DNA from: the human T2T-CHM13v2.0 reference genome, Homo sapiens
Reading direction: 5' to 3' (one strand)
Length of the DNA: 64,000 nucleotides
NCBI RefSeq assembly: GCF_009914755.1
Contig: NC_060926.1
Positions 17,641 to 33,753 of this stretch are shown in pieces. The notes under the pieces were generated by a model. The model was not told the origin of the DNA, searched no databases, and saw only the letters and a list, made by a program, of their open reading frames with translations. Position numbers and translations under genes: made by a program. Within the stretch, counting starts at the first letter, position 1. Every line of letters begins with the position of its first letter.

Positions 17641-17778
17641 ACGTGAACGAGTGTGAGCTCTACGGGCAGGAGGGGCGCCCCCGGCTCTGCATGCACGCCT
17701 GCGTGAACACCCCGGGCTCTTACCGTTGCACCTGCCCCGGTGGATACCGAACTCTGGCTGACGGGAAGAGCTGTGAGG
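17641..17778 (+). CDS. FBLN7: Fibulin-7 internal exon, calcium-binding EGF (D)[45 protein letters not shown]
   Basis: Acceptor cttctgtctgcag, donor G/gtgagt; 138 nt, phase 1-1; cbEGF signature. Confidence 0.96.
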
Positions 17779-19480
17779 GTGAGTGAGGCTACAGAGTGTC
17801 GTCTGCACCCAGCCACCTGCTGCTGTGCTGAACCCCCAGGACCTCACAGTCGGGAGTGAGGTGGTTAGGAGAGTCACAGTTTCAGATACATTGGATTTTT
17901 AAAAAGCCACCAACCAAAGGGCTTCTCAAAGGTCAGGCCACATTATCATCTACATAAATAGGAAAATGAGTTCCTTAAACATCTTGGCAACTAGTCTTTT
18001 CCGACTTTATTTGAGTAAATGGGTTTTTTGTTTTCTTCAAGGTCTGGTCAATTCTACCCACTCAACAATTCCTTCAGCTAGGGCTGGGCCTAAAGGCAGA
18101 GTGGCCAGGTGGTCACCCATGTCATGTAATCTGGAGGAACCCATGAGACTCCATGACCCTGTGTCCACCTGTAAGTCCACCTCTGAAAGGGGCAGCACCT
18201 TACAGGCACTTATGTCTTAGTGAGGTCGGGCGCTACAGCACCAGCCTTGTCTGATGGTAGCTGAGGACAACAAGGGAGGCGGAGCACCCAGGGAGGGACA
18301 AGAGTCGGGGGCATCACTACCCCTGGCTTGTGAGGTACAGGAAGTGAGGGGGCTTATCAGAGCCTGAAAGATTGTGGCTCTGATCAAGGACACAGCCTCC
18401 ATCAGAACCACATCCAGGCAGGTCAGGACTCCTCAGGCTGGGTCACTGTCATTTGCCAACCCCAGCTAAAAACCAGTCAGCCTCTCAGGTGCAGAGAGTG
18501 GGTTGGGGGGCAGCGGCGCAGATGGAAAATAACTGGCTCAGGTTTCACCCCAGTGCTGAATCCTGTCCATCAGCAGTGGTTTCCTGGAGGGCCGGGTTGA
18601 GGTTTCTGAGGCTGATTCCTGGCAGAGTGGGAAAGAACATCTTAAGTTGACAAGGAATGTCTGCAGCAGGGATGGGAGGCACCTAAGAGATTAGGAAGGA
18701 TGTGTGCAGAGTGGGTTGGTTGTAGAACAGAGAGGCTGAGAACCCTCGCAACAGTCACCATCATCACTACAGGACAAGTCCCAGGGACACTGGGTGCCTA
18801 ACAGGAAGCCTCCTGTGTTTCCCCACCTCCACTTAGGGAAAATACAGATGTCAGTTGATGTAGACATGCTGAATCTCCACATGAGCTGAGTCAGAGCACA
18901 CATCTCAGGCCTGAAGCCCAAGCGGGATCATCCTGACCCTTGGCCCTTAAACCACCATGCTGCAGTGGGCCTTTCGGGGGGCTGGTTCTGCTCCTGCAGG
19001 CATACCTCACACTAGGAGGGTGGACAGGCCCACCTCCCCAGCTGGACTTCCCCCATGGAAACAGGACACAGAGGGGAGCCCCGCTGGCTCCAGATAACAG
19101 CTCTGACCCACCAAGGGAGAACGGGAGAAGAGAGGGCAGAGGGCTCCTCCATGGGCTGACGTGGGAATGTGAGGGGAGAGGTGGCTCCCCGGTGACATCC
19201 CATTGGGGCCCCGCTGCAGGGCTCTGAGGAGTGGGTGACCTGGGGCTGGAGCAGGAGAAGGCATCCAGATAGCCACCCACACTCCCTCCCTCCCACAGTG
19301 CTCACGAAGGCCCACCTGGGGTTGCTTGGGGTTGGGAGGGACGGCCTCCAGCTGGGGAGACTCTCTGGATGTCTGCAAAGGGAGCAGAGAACTCATACAA
19401 ATCATGATATTGAGGTGTCTGCACTCGCATGGGGTGAGGCTGGCAGGGAAGACTTTCTAGAAGATTCTAATTTAAAAAAA

Positions 19481-19735
19481 GTGTGTGTATATATAGTATA
19501 TATAGGTATATGGTATATATATGCTGTATATGGTGTATATATGGTATATATATGTATATGGTATATATATGGTATATATATGAATATGGTATATGTATAT
19601 ATATGTATATGGTATATATATATACACACACCATATATACCATATATACGTATATATGGTGTGTGTATATATATACCATATATACATATATATATACCAT
19701 ATACATATATATACACACACACATATATATATATG
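19481..19735. repeat. TA/TG/CA low-complexity tract with inverted symmetry
   Basis: TATATGG-type units on the left and CCATATA-type units on the right. Confidence 0.9.
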
Positions 19736-20076
19736 AAGAATAACAGCCATGGAGGGTAATGGGGCACTTGGGCTGAGAAGCAGACAGGTCTAAGAGAAGC
19801 ATTGTGACCAGTAACACTCACCTGGTGCTTTCCACCATCCTTGCCACCTGTCATACCCCAGGGAAAGAGGACAGGATCCCAGGGAGGGGCACTCCCTGGC
19901 ATTTCCTCAGGGCCCTGATTCCACACAGTTAAGGAAGGCAGGCTTTCTGCTTTAAGAATAAGTGCCAGGAGCAGGGAGCACCACATTACAGGACCTGCAG
20001 GGCCTCTCATGTGGTTCTGTCTGCAATGGAGGGAAGGTCAGGGCGATTCTCACCTGTTGTATGTCCTGTATCTCAG

Positions 20077-20215
20077 ATGTGGATGAATGTGTGGGCCTGC
20101 AGCCGGTGTGCCCCCAGGGGACCACATGCATCAACACCGGTGGAAGCTTCCAGTGTGTCAGCCCTGAGTGCCCCGAGGGCAGCGGCAATGTGAGCTACGT
20201 GAAGACGTCTCCATT
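20077..20215 (+). CDS. FBLN7: Fibulin-7 internal exon, calcium-binding EGF (D)VDECVGLQPVCPQGTTCINTGGSFQCVSPECPEGSGNVSYVKTSP
   Basis: Acceptor tgtatctcag, donor TT/gtgagt; 139 nt, phase 1-2. Confidence 0.96.
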
Positions 20216-21094
20216 GTGAGTATCTCCAGGGGAGGCACACCCTCACCCAGGCCTCCAAGTGTGGCTGGGCTGGATGCTTCCTAGAGGTTCTTGGGAGAAG
20301 GTACAGTTATACCATAGAAAGATGAGAGGCAGGAGGCTGGGAGGCTGGTGTCTCTGAATTTCCATTTCTGCTTAGTGGTTGCATTTAATGCGTTGCTGCT
20401 CTGGAGAAATAAGAACCCCATTCCCCATGGGAGTAATATACTAAGTGCACCCCCACTACATAGAGGTTGATGGGGTTGCTGCCACCCCAGGATGGCAAAG
20501 CCAGGGCAGGCACTGAAGGGAAGAAGCTGTTGGTGACATTACCCTGATAAACCCATAGCAGCCCAGGAGACAGGTATAGATCACATGGATTTGGGAGGTG
20601 ACAGCATTCACATAGCCAGGAACTATAGACTCCCTTGAGTTACACTGCATATCCCGTGCACCCTGCATTATATCACTCTGCTTTTCCAATAGTACTAGAA
20701 GGTTCTACATCTAGTAACTGCAACTCTTAAACAGCAAGTAGAGCTTTTTTTTTTTTTTTTAAAGTTGGGAGATGGGCCTTTAAGGGGAATGACTACAACT
20801 ATCACAAAGCACATACATTTTCCTCTCAAAAAGAGATCACAAGAGCCCTAGCGTTGTCTTTAAAATGAAGTAACAGCCATGAAGGGTAACTTAATTATTT
20901 GAATTGCTGTTGAGTTAAAGCAGATTAGAAGCAGCAAGAAACTTAGTGGCACTGAAGCATGGCAGTTTTTAGAGAGAGTGAAGACATCAGAACCTTCCTC
21001 ATGAAGTCACTCGGTGAAGGGATAGGGAACGGGTCTATGACGGCCTCTGGGGCATTCGACCAACAGCTGGATGTGACAGTTGACTGCATAATCA

Positions 21095-21532
<438 letters not shown>

Positions 21533-22009
21533 TACATGCTGCTGTGTTTAGGAAGTTCACCGTACACCGTGTGGGAAGCACTGCATTACAGGATGTTGCT
21601 GGCTAACTGCTGAGGTCCTGCCATTACTGGGCGAGGTCGCAGCACATGGAGAAAGGGCACCTGGTTTGAATATCAGCATTGCCATTGTTATTTAATATTC
21701 CCAGGCTATATTTTTCTGTAAAAATGATAGTAATAGCATAAATAAATGTATGTGCACACACATACACACGTACACAGGTGGGCAGGGAGCACCCTTGAGC
21801 AGGAACAGAAGCAGCAGCCCTTCCTTTGCCATGCCTGACACCAGCTACATTCACTCGTCCACAGCTCCATAGCTCCTGGGTGAAGGACCCGTGGCTGGGA
21901 AAGGTCATCTAGGTGGCCTCTGCAAGAGGGCAGGTGGGCAGCCGGGTCAGAGCAGCTCTTCATGAGACTCCCCAAGGCTGACTGCCTCCATTTTGCCTCT
22001 CCGCTCCAG

Positions 22010-22382
22010 CCAGTGTGAGCGGAACCCCTGCCCCATGGACAGCAGGCCCTGCCGCCATCTGCCCAAGACCATCTCCTTCCATTACCTCTCTCTGCCTTCC
22101 AACCTGAAGACGCCCATCACGCTCTTCCGCATGGCCACAGCCTCTGCCCCCGGCCGAGCTGGGCCCAACAGCCTGCGGTTTGGGATCGTGGGTGGGAACA
22201 GCCGCGGCCACTTTGTGATGCAGCGTTCAGACCGGCAGACTGGGGATCTGATCCTTGTGCAGAACCTGGAGGGGCCTCAGACGCTGGAGGTGGACGTCGA
22301 CATGTCGGAATACCTGGACCGCTCCTTCCAGGCCAACCACGTGTCCAAGGTCACCATCTTTGTATCCCCCTATGACTTCTGA
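22010..22382 (+). CDS. FBLN7: Fibulin-7 last coding exon, fibulin C-terminal domain (F)QCERNPCPMDS...KVTIFVSPYDF*
   Basis: Acceptor cctctccgctccag; TT|C rebuilds Phe in frame; fibulin-type C-terminus; TGA at 22380-22382. Confidence 0.97.
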
Positions 22383-23095
22383 GGGTACACAGGGGCACTG
22401 GGGTGTGGAGAGCTGACCTCATTTCTCTTCCCCGAAGGCTCAGCTTCGGGCACCGACTGCGTGGAGCCTCCCGCCTGTTCCCGCCCACTCACCAGTGCAC
22501 CCAGGCTTCTAGGGCAGCGTTGCACGGCGCCCCATGGAATAGCACGGAAGAGCAGCCACAAAACTCAACTGCTGCCATCACTCTTTTTTTTTTTCTGCTT
22601 TGAGGCCCTTCCCTTAGATTATGCACTAACTTTCTTAAAACTTTTTCATCCAGGGGATGGGTGGCTTTCCAAAATGCTGTGCAAATGGCCTTGTGAGTTT
22701 GAACTAGCTGGGGAGAGAAAAGGTGGCAATGTGTGTCAGGTGACTATCAGCCCTTCTGCCTTTTTGTAGCCAGGCTTGCTATGAATGAAACGGTTCTAGT
22801 CGTGCGGGGGGCCCTAGTCATGCCTCTGCGCATGTGGCATAGGAAGTGGAGTCTCCTCCCATGACCCAGCACGTTGTTCTTATCTGCCTTTTCCTCTGTG
22901 ACATGCCTGCCTGCCTGCCTTCTCATCAGAGAGTCACAGGAGGGCCTTAAACCCCACGCAGATCCTTCTAGACCAAGGACCCATTGTTAAAAGCATGGAT
23001 TCTGCCTGAGTTACTTCCCTTTTGAGAAATCATATCTCAAATACATAACCTGGTAATATAACTGAAAAAATAAAAGTGATTGCTCCTTCCTGCCC
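22383..23095 (+). other. FBLN7: FBLN7 3' UTR (end approximate)
   Basis: Unique sequence from the stop codon to just past the first AATAAA. Confidence 0.75.
23069..23074 (+). terminator. Polyadenylation signal AATAAA (second candidate at 23183-23188)
   Basis: First canonical hexamer after the FBLN7 stop codon. Confidence 0.75.
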
Positions 23096-24514
23096 GCCTG
23101 ACTTCTACCTGAGCATGAGACAGCCCACTTCCTTCTAGGAGGGGGTGGCTGACTCTCTTCCTGTCTGGGTTGGATACACTGGAATAAATGAGTCAGAGAA
23201 CACAGAGGTGATGTTTGGGACTGTTCCACATTATAAATTTGTTTTGACCACATGGGAGATTGGTAAGGACAATACCTGGCCGTGGAGAGTTTAGGAAAAT
23301 GCTTGAGTTGTCATAGATTCCATGGCCTTTTGTTTCTGATGAATTCACTACAGGGTGACGCCCTCCAGGTGATCAAAGAGAGAAAACACTGGCCAGAGCT
23401 GAGTGGGGTGTGGTAGGATGGGGTATGGGGTAGGGTGGGGAAGATCATTCAAGCTAAAACTTAAGAGGTAGCGAAGCTGTAAGAAAGTTTCATTATCTAA
23501 TTACATGTCAAGCTGCTGGTGAGATTTCCTCACACATATTTTATTTAAATCTTTGTATTTGCCCTGGTATGAGATGGAGCCAGAAGTGTGTCACTAGTTC
23601 AATGATCAAGCCCTACATCAAGATGGTTTCTAAGATGGTTTATTCTTGTACTGTTGTTTGGACAAAGGTTGAGACACAGTCAAGAGTTGCTTTTGAAATG
23701 TTTCTTCTCCCATGGGCTCAGCTGCGATCTCTAACAACAGAAAAAGGACATGCAAACTAAAGTTACAAGACTTCATTAAAACATTATCCACAGCCTTATG
23801 TTTCTAAATGTAGCTATGCTGGGCCAGAAGCCTGCACACCACCCAGTCCCATGTGCACAACACCAGGCGGAAGAGTCTAAGGGCCTGGCCAGGTTCCTGA
23901 ATGGGAGATGTCACAGCTGTGGGCTAGGGACAGCCCACACATCACACACATCATATGTGAGATATGATGACATATGATGTGGGATATATGTGGGATATAT
24001 TGAGATATGATGTGTTCAGGGGGACAAGCCTCTCACATGCCAGAAGGTGGGGAGTGTTTGGGGAGTCTCCAGAGCAGGTGCCCTCTAAACTGGTATATGA
24101 TAGGGCTTTGATGCCAAACAGCCCAGTTTAAAGCAACAATTTCCATCACCAAGATCTGCCGTCATCAAACCTGCTTCCCACTGATGAAATCACGCACCCA
24201 GCCCCGGTGCCCACAGCACCAAAGTACAAATGGCTGACTGCTTAGGATGTGGATGATGGCTGTGGACAATGATGGCTGGGCACTTCTTGTGGATGATGTG
24301 GATGATGGGTCTTTTGTGGATAATGGCTGGGCACTTCTCCCTGTGGAGTGTCTTGTTCTCTATATGCTCTCTCCTCACTCTCCTCTATGGAATCAACTTT
24401 TCTTTTGTCCTTTCAGAGCTCCACTCTGTACTAAGAGTAACTACTGGTTAACCAGAATTCATTTGCACCCCTTTCCAGGTAATATAGTTTCATATTATTT
24501 GAGGGAGGGGCTTT

Positions 24515-27190
<2,676 letters not shown>

Positions 27191-27525
27191 GAATCAAAGA
27201 AGGCCCCAGTGACGCCTCCAGTTCTCACATCTGCCCCACCCACCAAACCCTCCTTTGGAAGGACAGAGAGGCCTGAGTGGAGGGGTATTCTACAGCTAGC
27301 CCACCTGCCTGACTTGGGTATCTGGGTATCAGTCAGCTGCCACCAGGAAGAGACAAGAGGCAAGCCAAATAGATCCTGGGCACTTGAGCAGTAGAAAGTT
27401 AGCTAGGATTCTGGATGGGTTTTAAAAATCACTTTTTAAGAATTATTATACCTACAACACTAGCAAACGAAAAGAAAAATAAGCCAACAATGAAATACCA
27501 CTGCAGAGTCACAGTCAACTTGATG

Positions 27526-27753
27526 GGTTTGTTGGGAGTCTGAACATGTGCTCAAGGAGAGAGGAAGTCCCTCGAATGGGTTGCTCACTTTCCACCAACC
27601 ACTGCCTCAGCTTTACCAAGCTCTCACTGCAGGGATGGAAAGATAAACTTTTATGACTCTTAGCTTGTACATGTGAAAATCTCTAAGTGTTTATGAGCTG
27701 CGTGAATATTCCTGAATGTCTAGTGCGTTCCAGGCACTGTTCTACTTGCTGAA
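27526..27753 (+). repeat. Left arm of ~230 bp inverted duplication
   Basis: Reverse complement of 29081-29313; core 27585-27721 matches 128/137 ungapped by hand alignment. Confidence 0.95.
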
Positions 27754-27937
27754 GTTACAGTGGATAAGATTGCTGAAGACACTGACTTCATGGAGCTTAC
27801 ATTTTGGCAAGGGGACAGACAATAGATGTGTAAATGAAAAAACGTGTAATGTCAAAGAGGGATGAGAACTACAAAAACAAAAGCAGTGAAAGGTGTTTGT
27901 CAGTATATAGTAAATGTATGTGTAATATATGTAATTA

Positions 27938-28539
<602 letters not shown>

Positions 28540-28799
28540 TATATCATCCACGTCACTTGGGTGTTGCAAACACCGTAATCGTGTGCAATGACAGTTGGAT
28601 CCCATATCCTAGGAGTTTGGCCTTAGGACTCAGAATCTCTCCTGAGTGTTTGAATGAGGTAGTGGTGTAAAGCTTTGGATGGCCATATTGGGCTCATGTG
28701 CACAAGGGAAAGACAACTTGTCTACAAACAGAACAATGATGCTGATGTGGGAAGAAAGGAAACAATAGAACATAGGGCTTGGAAGGATAGAATTTAATT

Positions 28800-29580
28800 T
28801 TGTGTTCTGCTTATTGCTGCATAAAATATCCCAACACTTAGTGGCTTAAAACAATTATTTTATTATGAATTATCATGGATTCGGTGGGCCAGTAGTTCAG
28901 AGAGAGCACAGGGGAATAGTTTCTATTTGCTCCACAATGTCTTTGCTTCCCTCAGCTGGGAAGACTCCATGCCTGGGGGCTAGGGTTACCTAAGGGTCAC
29001 TCACATGTCTGCCTGGGCTGGGATGACCTAAAGACTAGGACCGATAACTGGAACATCTACCCTTGGGCTCTCCATGTGGCTTAGCACCTAGAACAGTGTG
29101 TGTAGGACACAGCAGACATTCAGGAATATTTATGCAGCTCGTAAACACTTAGAGATTTTCATATGTACAAGCTAAGAGTCACAAAAATTCATCTTTCCTT
29201 CCCTGCAGGGAGAGCTTGGTAAAGCTGAGGCAGTGGTTGGTGGAAAGTGACCCATTTGAGTCTGACTTCCTCATATCTCTCCTTGGGCACAAGTTCAGAC
29301 TCCCAATAAAGCCACCTCTGAGCCAGGTGGCCTCAGAGTAGTTGGGCTTCTAACACAGTGGCTCGTGTTACTAGCATGAGTGTTCCAGGGAACAATGTGG
29401 AAGCTACGTGGCCTTTTAGGACCCAATCACATATTGTTACCTCCACCATACTCTGTTGGTCAAAGTAGTCACAAGAAGCCACTGAGTCCTGGGAGGTGGA
29501 CATAGGCCAGTGAGTACTTACTAAATTGAATTGAGCTGAGAGGTTTCAAAGGATTTTAGGGCCAATTTTCAAAACGCCAC
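28800..29580 (-). mobile_element. MLT1-type MaLR LTR interrupted by a templated insertion
   Basis: TATTGCTGCATAA..AACTTAGTGGCTTAAAACAA-like start; CTCCATGTGGCTT and GGCCTCAGAGTAGTTGGGCTTCT lie on either side of 29081-29313. Confidence 0.7.
29081..29313 (-). repeat. Right arm of ~230 bp inverted duplication
   Basis: Reverse complement of 27526-27753. Confidence 0.95.
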
Positions 29581-31235
29581 TCCTGGTTTCCTGTTTGGGT
29601 TTCCAGTGCCTCATGCAACCTGGCTTCCCGTCAGTGGGTTTTATCAGATAGCCCTGTGTCCTTTCAGTCTTCCTTTGCATGCATTCTTTTGGGTGTTCTT
29701 TTCAAACAAATGATTTCTGCCTAAAATAAAACTTACCCTCTAGTTCAGAAGTAAGATCTCCACATCTGTCACAAGGGGATACTTTGAACAATGGTAGAAA
29801 CAGAGTGAGAAATCCAATGTGGGTGGTGCTGCAGGTTCACCAAGGTCAGAAGTTGGGGGAAAGGGATCACTGGAAGAGTCAAGACCAATTCATGGAGAAG
29901 TTGGCACTTGATTCATGGAGAAGTTGGTTCTTATTAGAGGAAGTCTAATGAGAAACTTAGGCCACCCTTTGTCACAAAGAGGATTTCCAACAAAACACAG
30001 CATTGGCCAGACCACAGAAATATTAGCTGACTTGCAAACAAGAGACTATGATGATGAAAATTAGATTTGGGCTGATGGGATTTTCTGAATCTGACCACGT
30101 TTAATGAGAAATTAGATCGTAGCAATCTAGTTTCTTAGCTCAGGGAGCGCTTTAGATGCATTCTTTAGGGGGAAAGTGTGCTCTGTCATATACCTTGCTT
30201 ACTTATGCCAGGATTCACCTCAGCCATGCGGTGGCACTTACGCAATAGCTTGCCTTCCTTTCTTATGGTTGGCTGAGTGGCCAGACATGTTTCTGCAAAT
30301 AAAGATCTCTGCCTCTTTGACTCGTTTGTCCACCTGACCCAGGCAAACCTCCATCATAGGAAGAGTTCACTCCTCACCCCTTGCTGGGGCCCTGAGTGGC
30401 AAGGTAATTTACTGCTCCCATTCCTTCATTCCTGTCCAGCTCCCAGGGGGTGCCAGACCTGGGCTTGAAAGCTGTAGGAGGCAAGAACATTGCCCTCTAG
30501 GGAGTCTTTCTCATACTAATGCTGGACTTGCTGTTATGTGAGATAACGTGGTTATGATTTAAGTAGGTTTCAGATGGAGTTCTTGTTTGCAGCCGTTCTA
30601 AGCATCCCTACAGACCTGACCTGCTGGCATCCCAGCTCCACAAGAGCAGGCATCTTGTCTGCATGCTCACTGAGGCAGCTCCAGTGCCAGCCTGTCCTGT
30701 GGGCAAGGTGATGGACAAGGCACAAAACAGTTGGCATTTGTGGTAGACATTAGCAAATTTGGCCTAATACTTCCTCCTCTCCCACCTCTGGGCCCATGAT
30801 AGGCTGGCACTCTGTGCCCTCGTGGGAGGGCATGTCACTGAGACCAGTGGTGGCTCAGAAATGGTGCCAGTCTCTTCCAGGCCAAGGAACTCACAGATGC
30901 TGGGACCCCCAGAGTTCTCTCTCCTCTCATATGGCCAATGGCCCCACTCAGTGTGGAGGTTGCCCTGTCAGCTCAGGTGTCTGAGTGATCACAGTGAACT
31001 GCTGATCTATGAGGCACAAAAGCATGAGCAAAAAATGGTTCTTTGTTGTTTTAAACCACAATGATTTTAAGGTTGTCTGTTGCTCCAGCATAACTATCCT
31101 GACTGACTCAGGGCAGAAAGGGAGAAAATAAAATGACAAGATCCCTCTATCATTGATGGGGAGATTATGCTGTGGACTGAGGAACAGAACACATTTGACT
31201 CTGTGCACCTGCCTTACCCTTCCCCCAAAATTAAT

Positions 31236-31447
31236 TTCTTCTTCTTCTTCTTTTTTTTTTTTTTTTTTTTTTTTTGAGACAGGGTTTTGCTCTGTCACCC
31301 AGGCTGGAGTGCAGTGGTATATTCTCATGCCAGTGCAGTGGCATGTTCTCATGCCACTTCAGTCTCCACCTCTCAGGCTCGCACGATCCTCCCACCTCAG
31401 CCTCCCAAAGTGCTGGGATTACAGGAGTGAGCCACAGTGCCCAGCCT
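31236..31447 (-). mobile_element. Monomer-length Alu/FLAM with an internal ~23-bp duplication
   Basis: GTGCAGTGGYATRTTCTCATGCCA occurs twice in tandem. Confidence 0.8.
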
Positions 31448-31631
31448 GATTACTTAAATTGCAAAACTCAGGCTAGAATGGCCTGTATCAAAGGTTAGAA
31501 TATCCTTTCCAGCATCATGGAAGAGTCTGATCAGGGCCAGCCTTAGCTCTGTCCCAGCCTCTTGCCTGAGGAGCATAATAGGCTTTGTGTTGTAGGCTGA
31601 ACTGTGTCTCTCAAAAAGATATGTTTATGTC

Positions 31632-31998
31632 TGTATTAGTCCGTTTTCATGCTGCTGATAAAGACATACCCAAGATTGGGTAATTTATAAAGAAAAAGAG
31701 GTCCAATGGACTCACAGTTCTGCCTGGCTGGGGAGGCCTCACAATCATAGCGGAAGGCAAAGGTGAAGCAAAGGCATGTCTTACATAGCAGCAGACAAGA
31801 GGGAACTTGTGCAGGGGAACTCCTCTTTATAAAACCATTGGATCTCCTAAGACTTATTCACTATCACAAGAACAGCATGGGGAAGACCTGCCCCCATGAT
31901 TCAGTTATCTCCCACCAGGTCCCTCCCATGACACATGGGAATTGTGGGAGCTACAATTCAAGATGAGATTTGGATGGGGACACAGCCAAACCAAGTCA
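31632..31998 (-). mobile_element. THE1 solo LTR
   Basis: TGTATTAGTCCGTTTTCATGCTGCTGATAAAGACATACC...GACACAGCCAAACCAAGTCA; 5-bp TSD ATGTC. Confidence 0.92.
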
Positions 31999-32105
31999 AT
32001 GTCCTAACACCTGGTACCTATGAATGTGATGTTATTTAGTAATAATGTCTTTGCAGATGTAATTAGTTAAGATGGAATCATCATACAATGACTGGCATCC
32101 GTAAG

Positions 32106-32110
<5 letters not shown>

Positions 32111-32189
<79 letters not shown>

Positions 32190-32210
32190 GAAACATGCAG
32201 AGAGAGAGAG
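32111..32210. repeat. Compound (AC)n(AG)n microsatellite
   Basis: About 18 AC units followed by an AG run. Confidence 0.97.
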
Positions 32211-33066
32211 AAAAGACAGAAGCAGAGATTGGTGTCATGCTTTCACAGCAAAGGGATGCTGAGATTGCTGGCAATCACCAAAAGCTAGGAAAAGATAAGG
32301 AAGGATCATTCCCTGCAGCCTTTGGAGGAAGTGTGGCCCTGTATATACCTTTATTTCAGACTTGTAGCCTCCAGAACTGTGAGAGAATGCCACCTGGTTT
32401 GTGGTATTTTGTTCCAGCAGCCCTAGGAAATGAACACACCTAGTATCCCAACCTCCCCTCCAAACACCAGCTGAGGGTAAATCACCTATTGCTGAAAGGG
32501 GTCATCCCCATCCTAGGGAACATAGACAGCCACCAACTGCCAACCAGTCACTTCACTTCAAGTCCACATCCTAGCTCAGCCATCCCTTTCTTTGCTAATG
32601 ATCTTGGAGCAAGATGATGACTTTATTAGTGTAACTGCAGCTAAATTTAAAGCCAGAGAGGAAAGCCATTTTGCAATGAGGGCAGAGTCATACTGGGACA
32701 TTCAGGGAGCTGATTTTCAAACATCGTGGACTTTTTTCTTTTTCTATTTCTGAAAAAGACATGGACTAATTTTATAACTAGTAATGACATGATTCTACTC
32801 ACTTCAGCAGTAAAAAGATGAAACAAGGGGCTCAATCAGCATATTTCATAAAGAGATTCATTGACTCCAGGAACAGGAAGGGCTATGGACTCTTAATCCC
32901 CACCCTGGATTTGCCTGGAGAACAGCAAACAAAATCAAAGCCATTCTCTCCTCAGAATCTGCAGGATCAAAAACACTCCCTCCCTGAAACCTCCTCTTCC
33001 AGGCCTGCTGTCTCCCTCCTCTGTAACAATATTCCTGCAGCAGCTGATTCGGCTCTTACCCCTTTC

Positions 33067-33753
<687 letters not shown>

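Larger units (their letters stand above)
31590..32440 (+). mobile_element. MLT1-type LTR with nested THE1 LTR and microsatellite
   Basis: TGTAGGCTGAACTGTGTCTCTCAAAAAGATATG start; GTCTTTGCAGATGTAATTAGTTAAGATG; GCAGCCCTAGGAAATGAACACA end. Confidence 0.8.

Noticed and set aside
19235-20010. Ile/Tyr-rich ORFs up to 202 aa on both strands
   Set aside because: Artefact of a stop-poor TA repeat.
29888-29927. Short direct duplications (17 bp here; 16-bp unit at 49477-49507)
   Set aside because: Ordinary slippage duplications with no sign of function.
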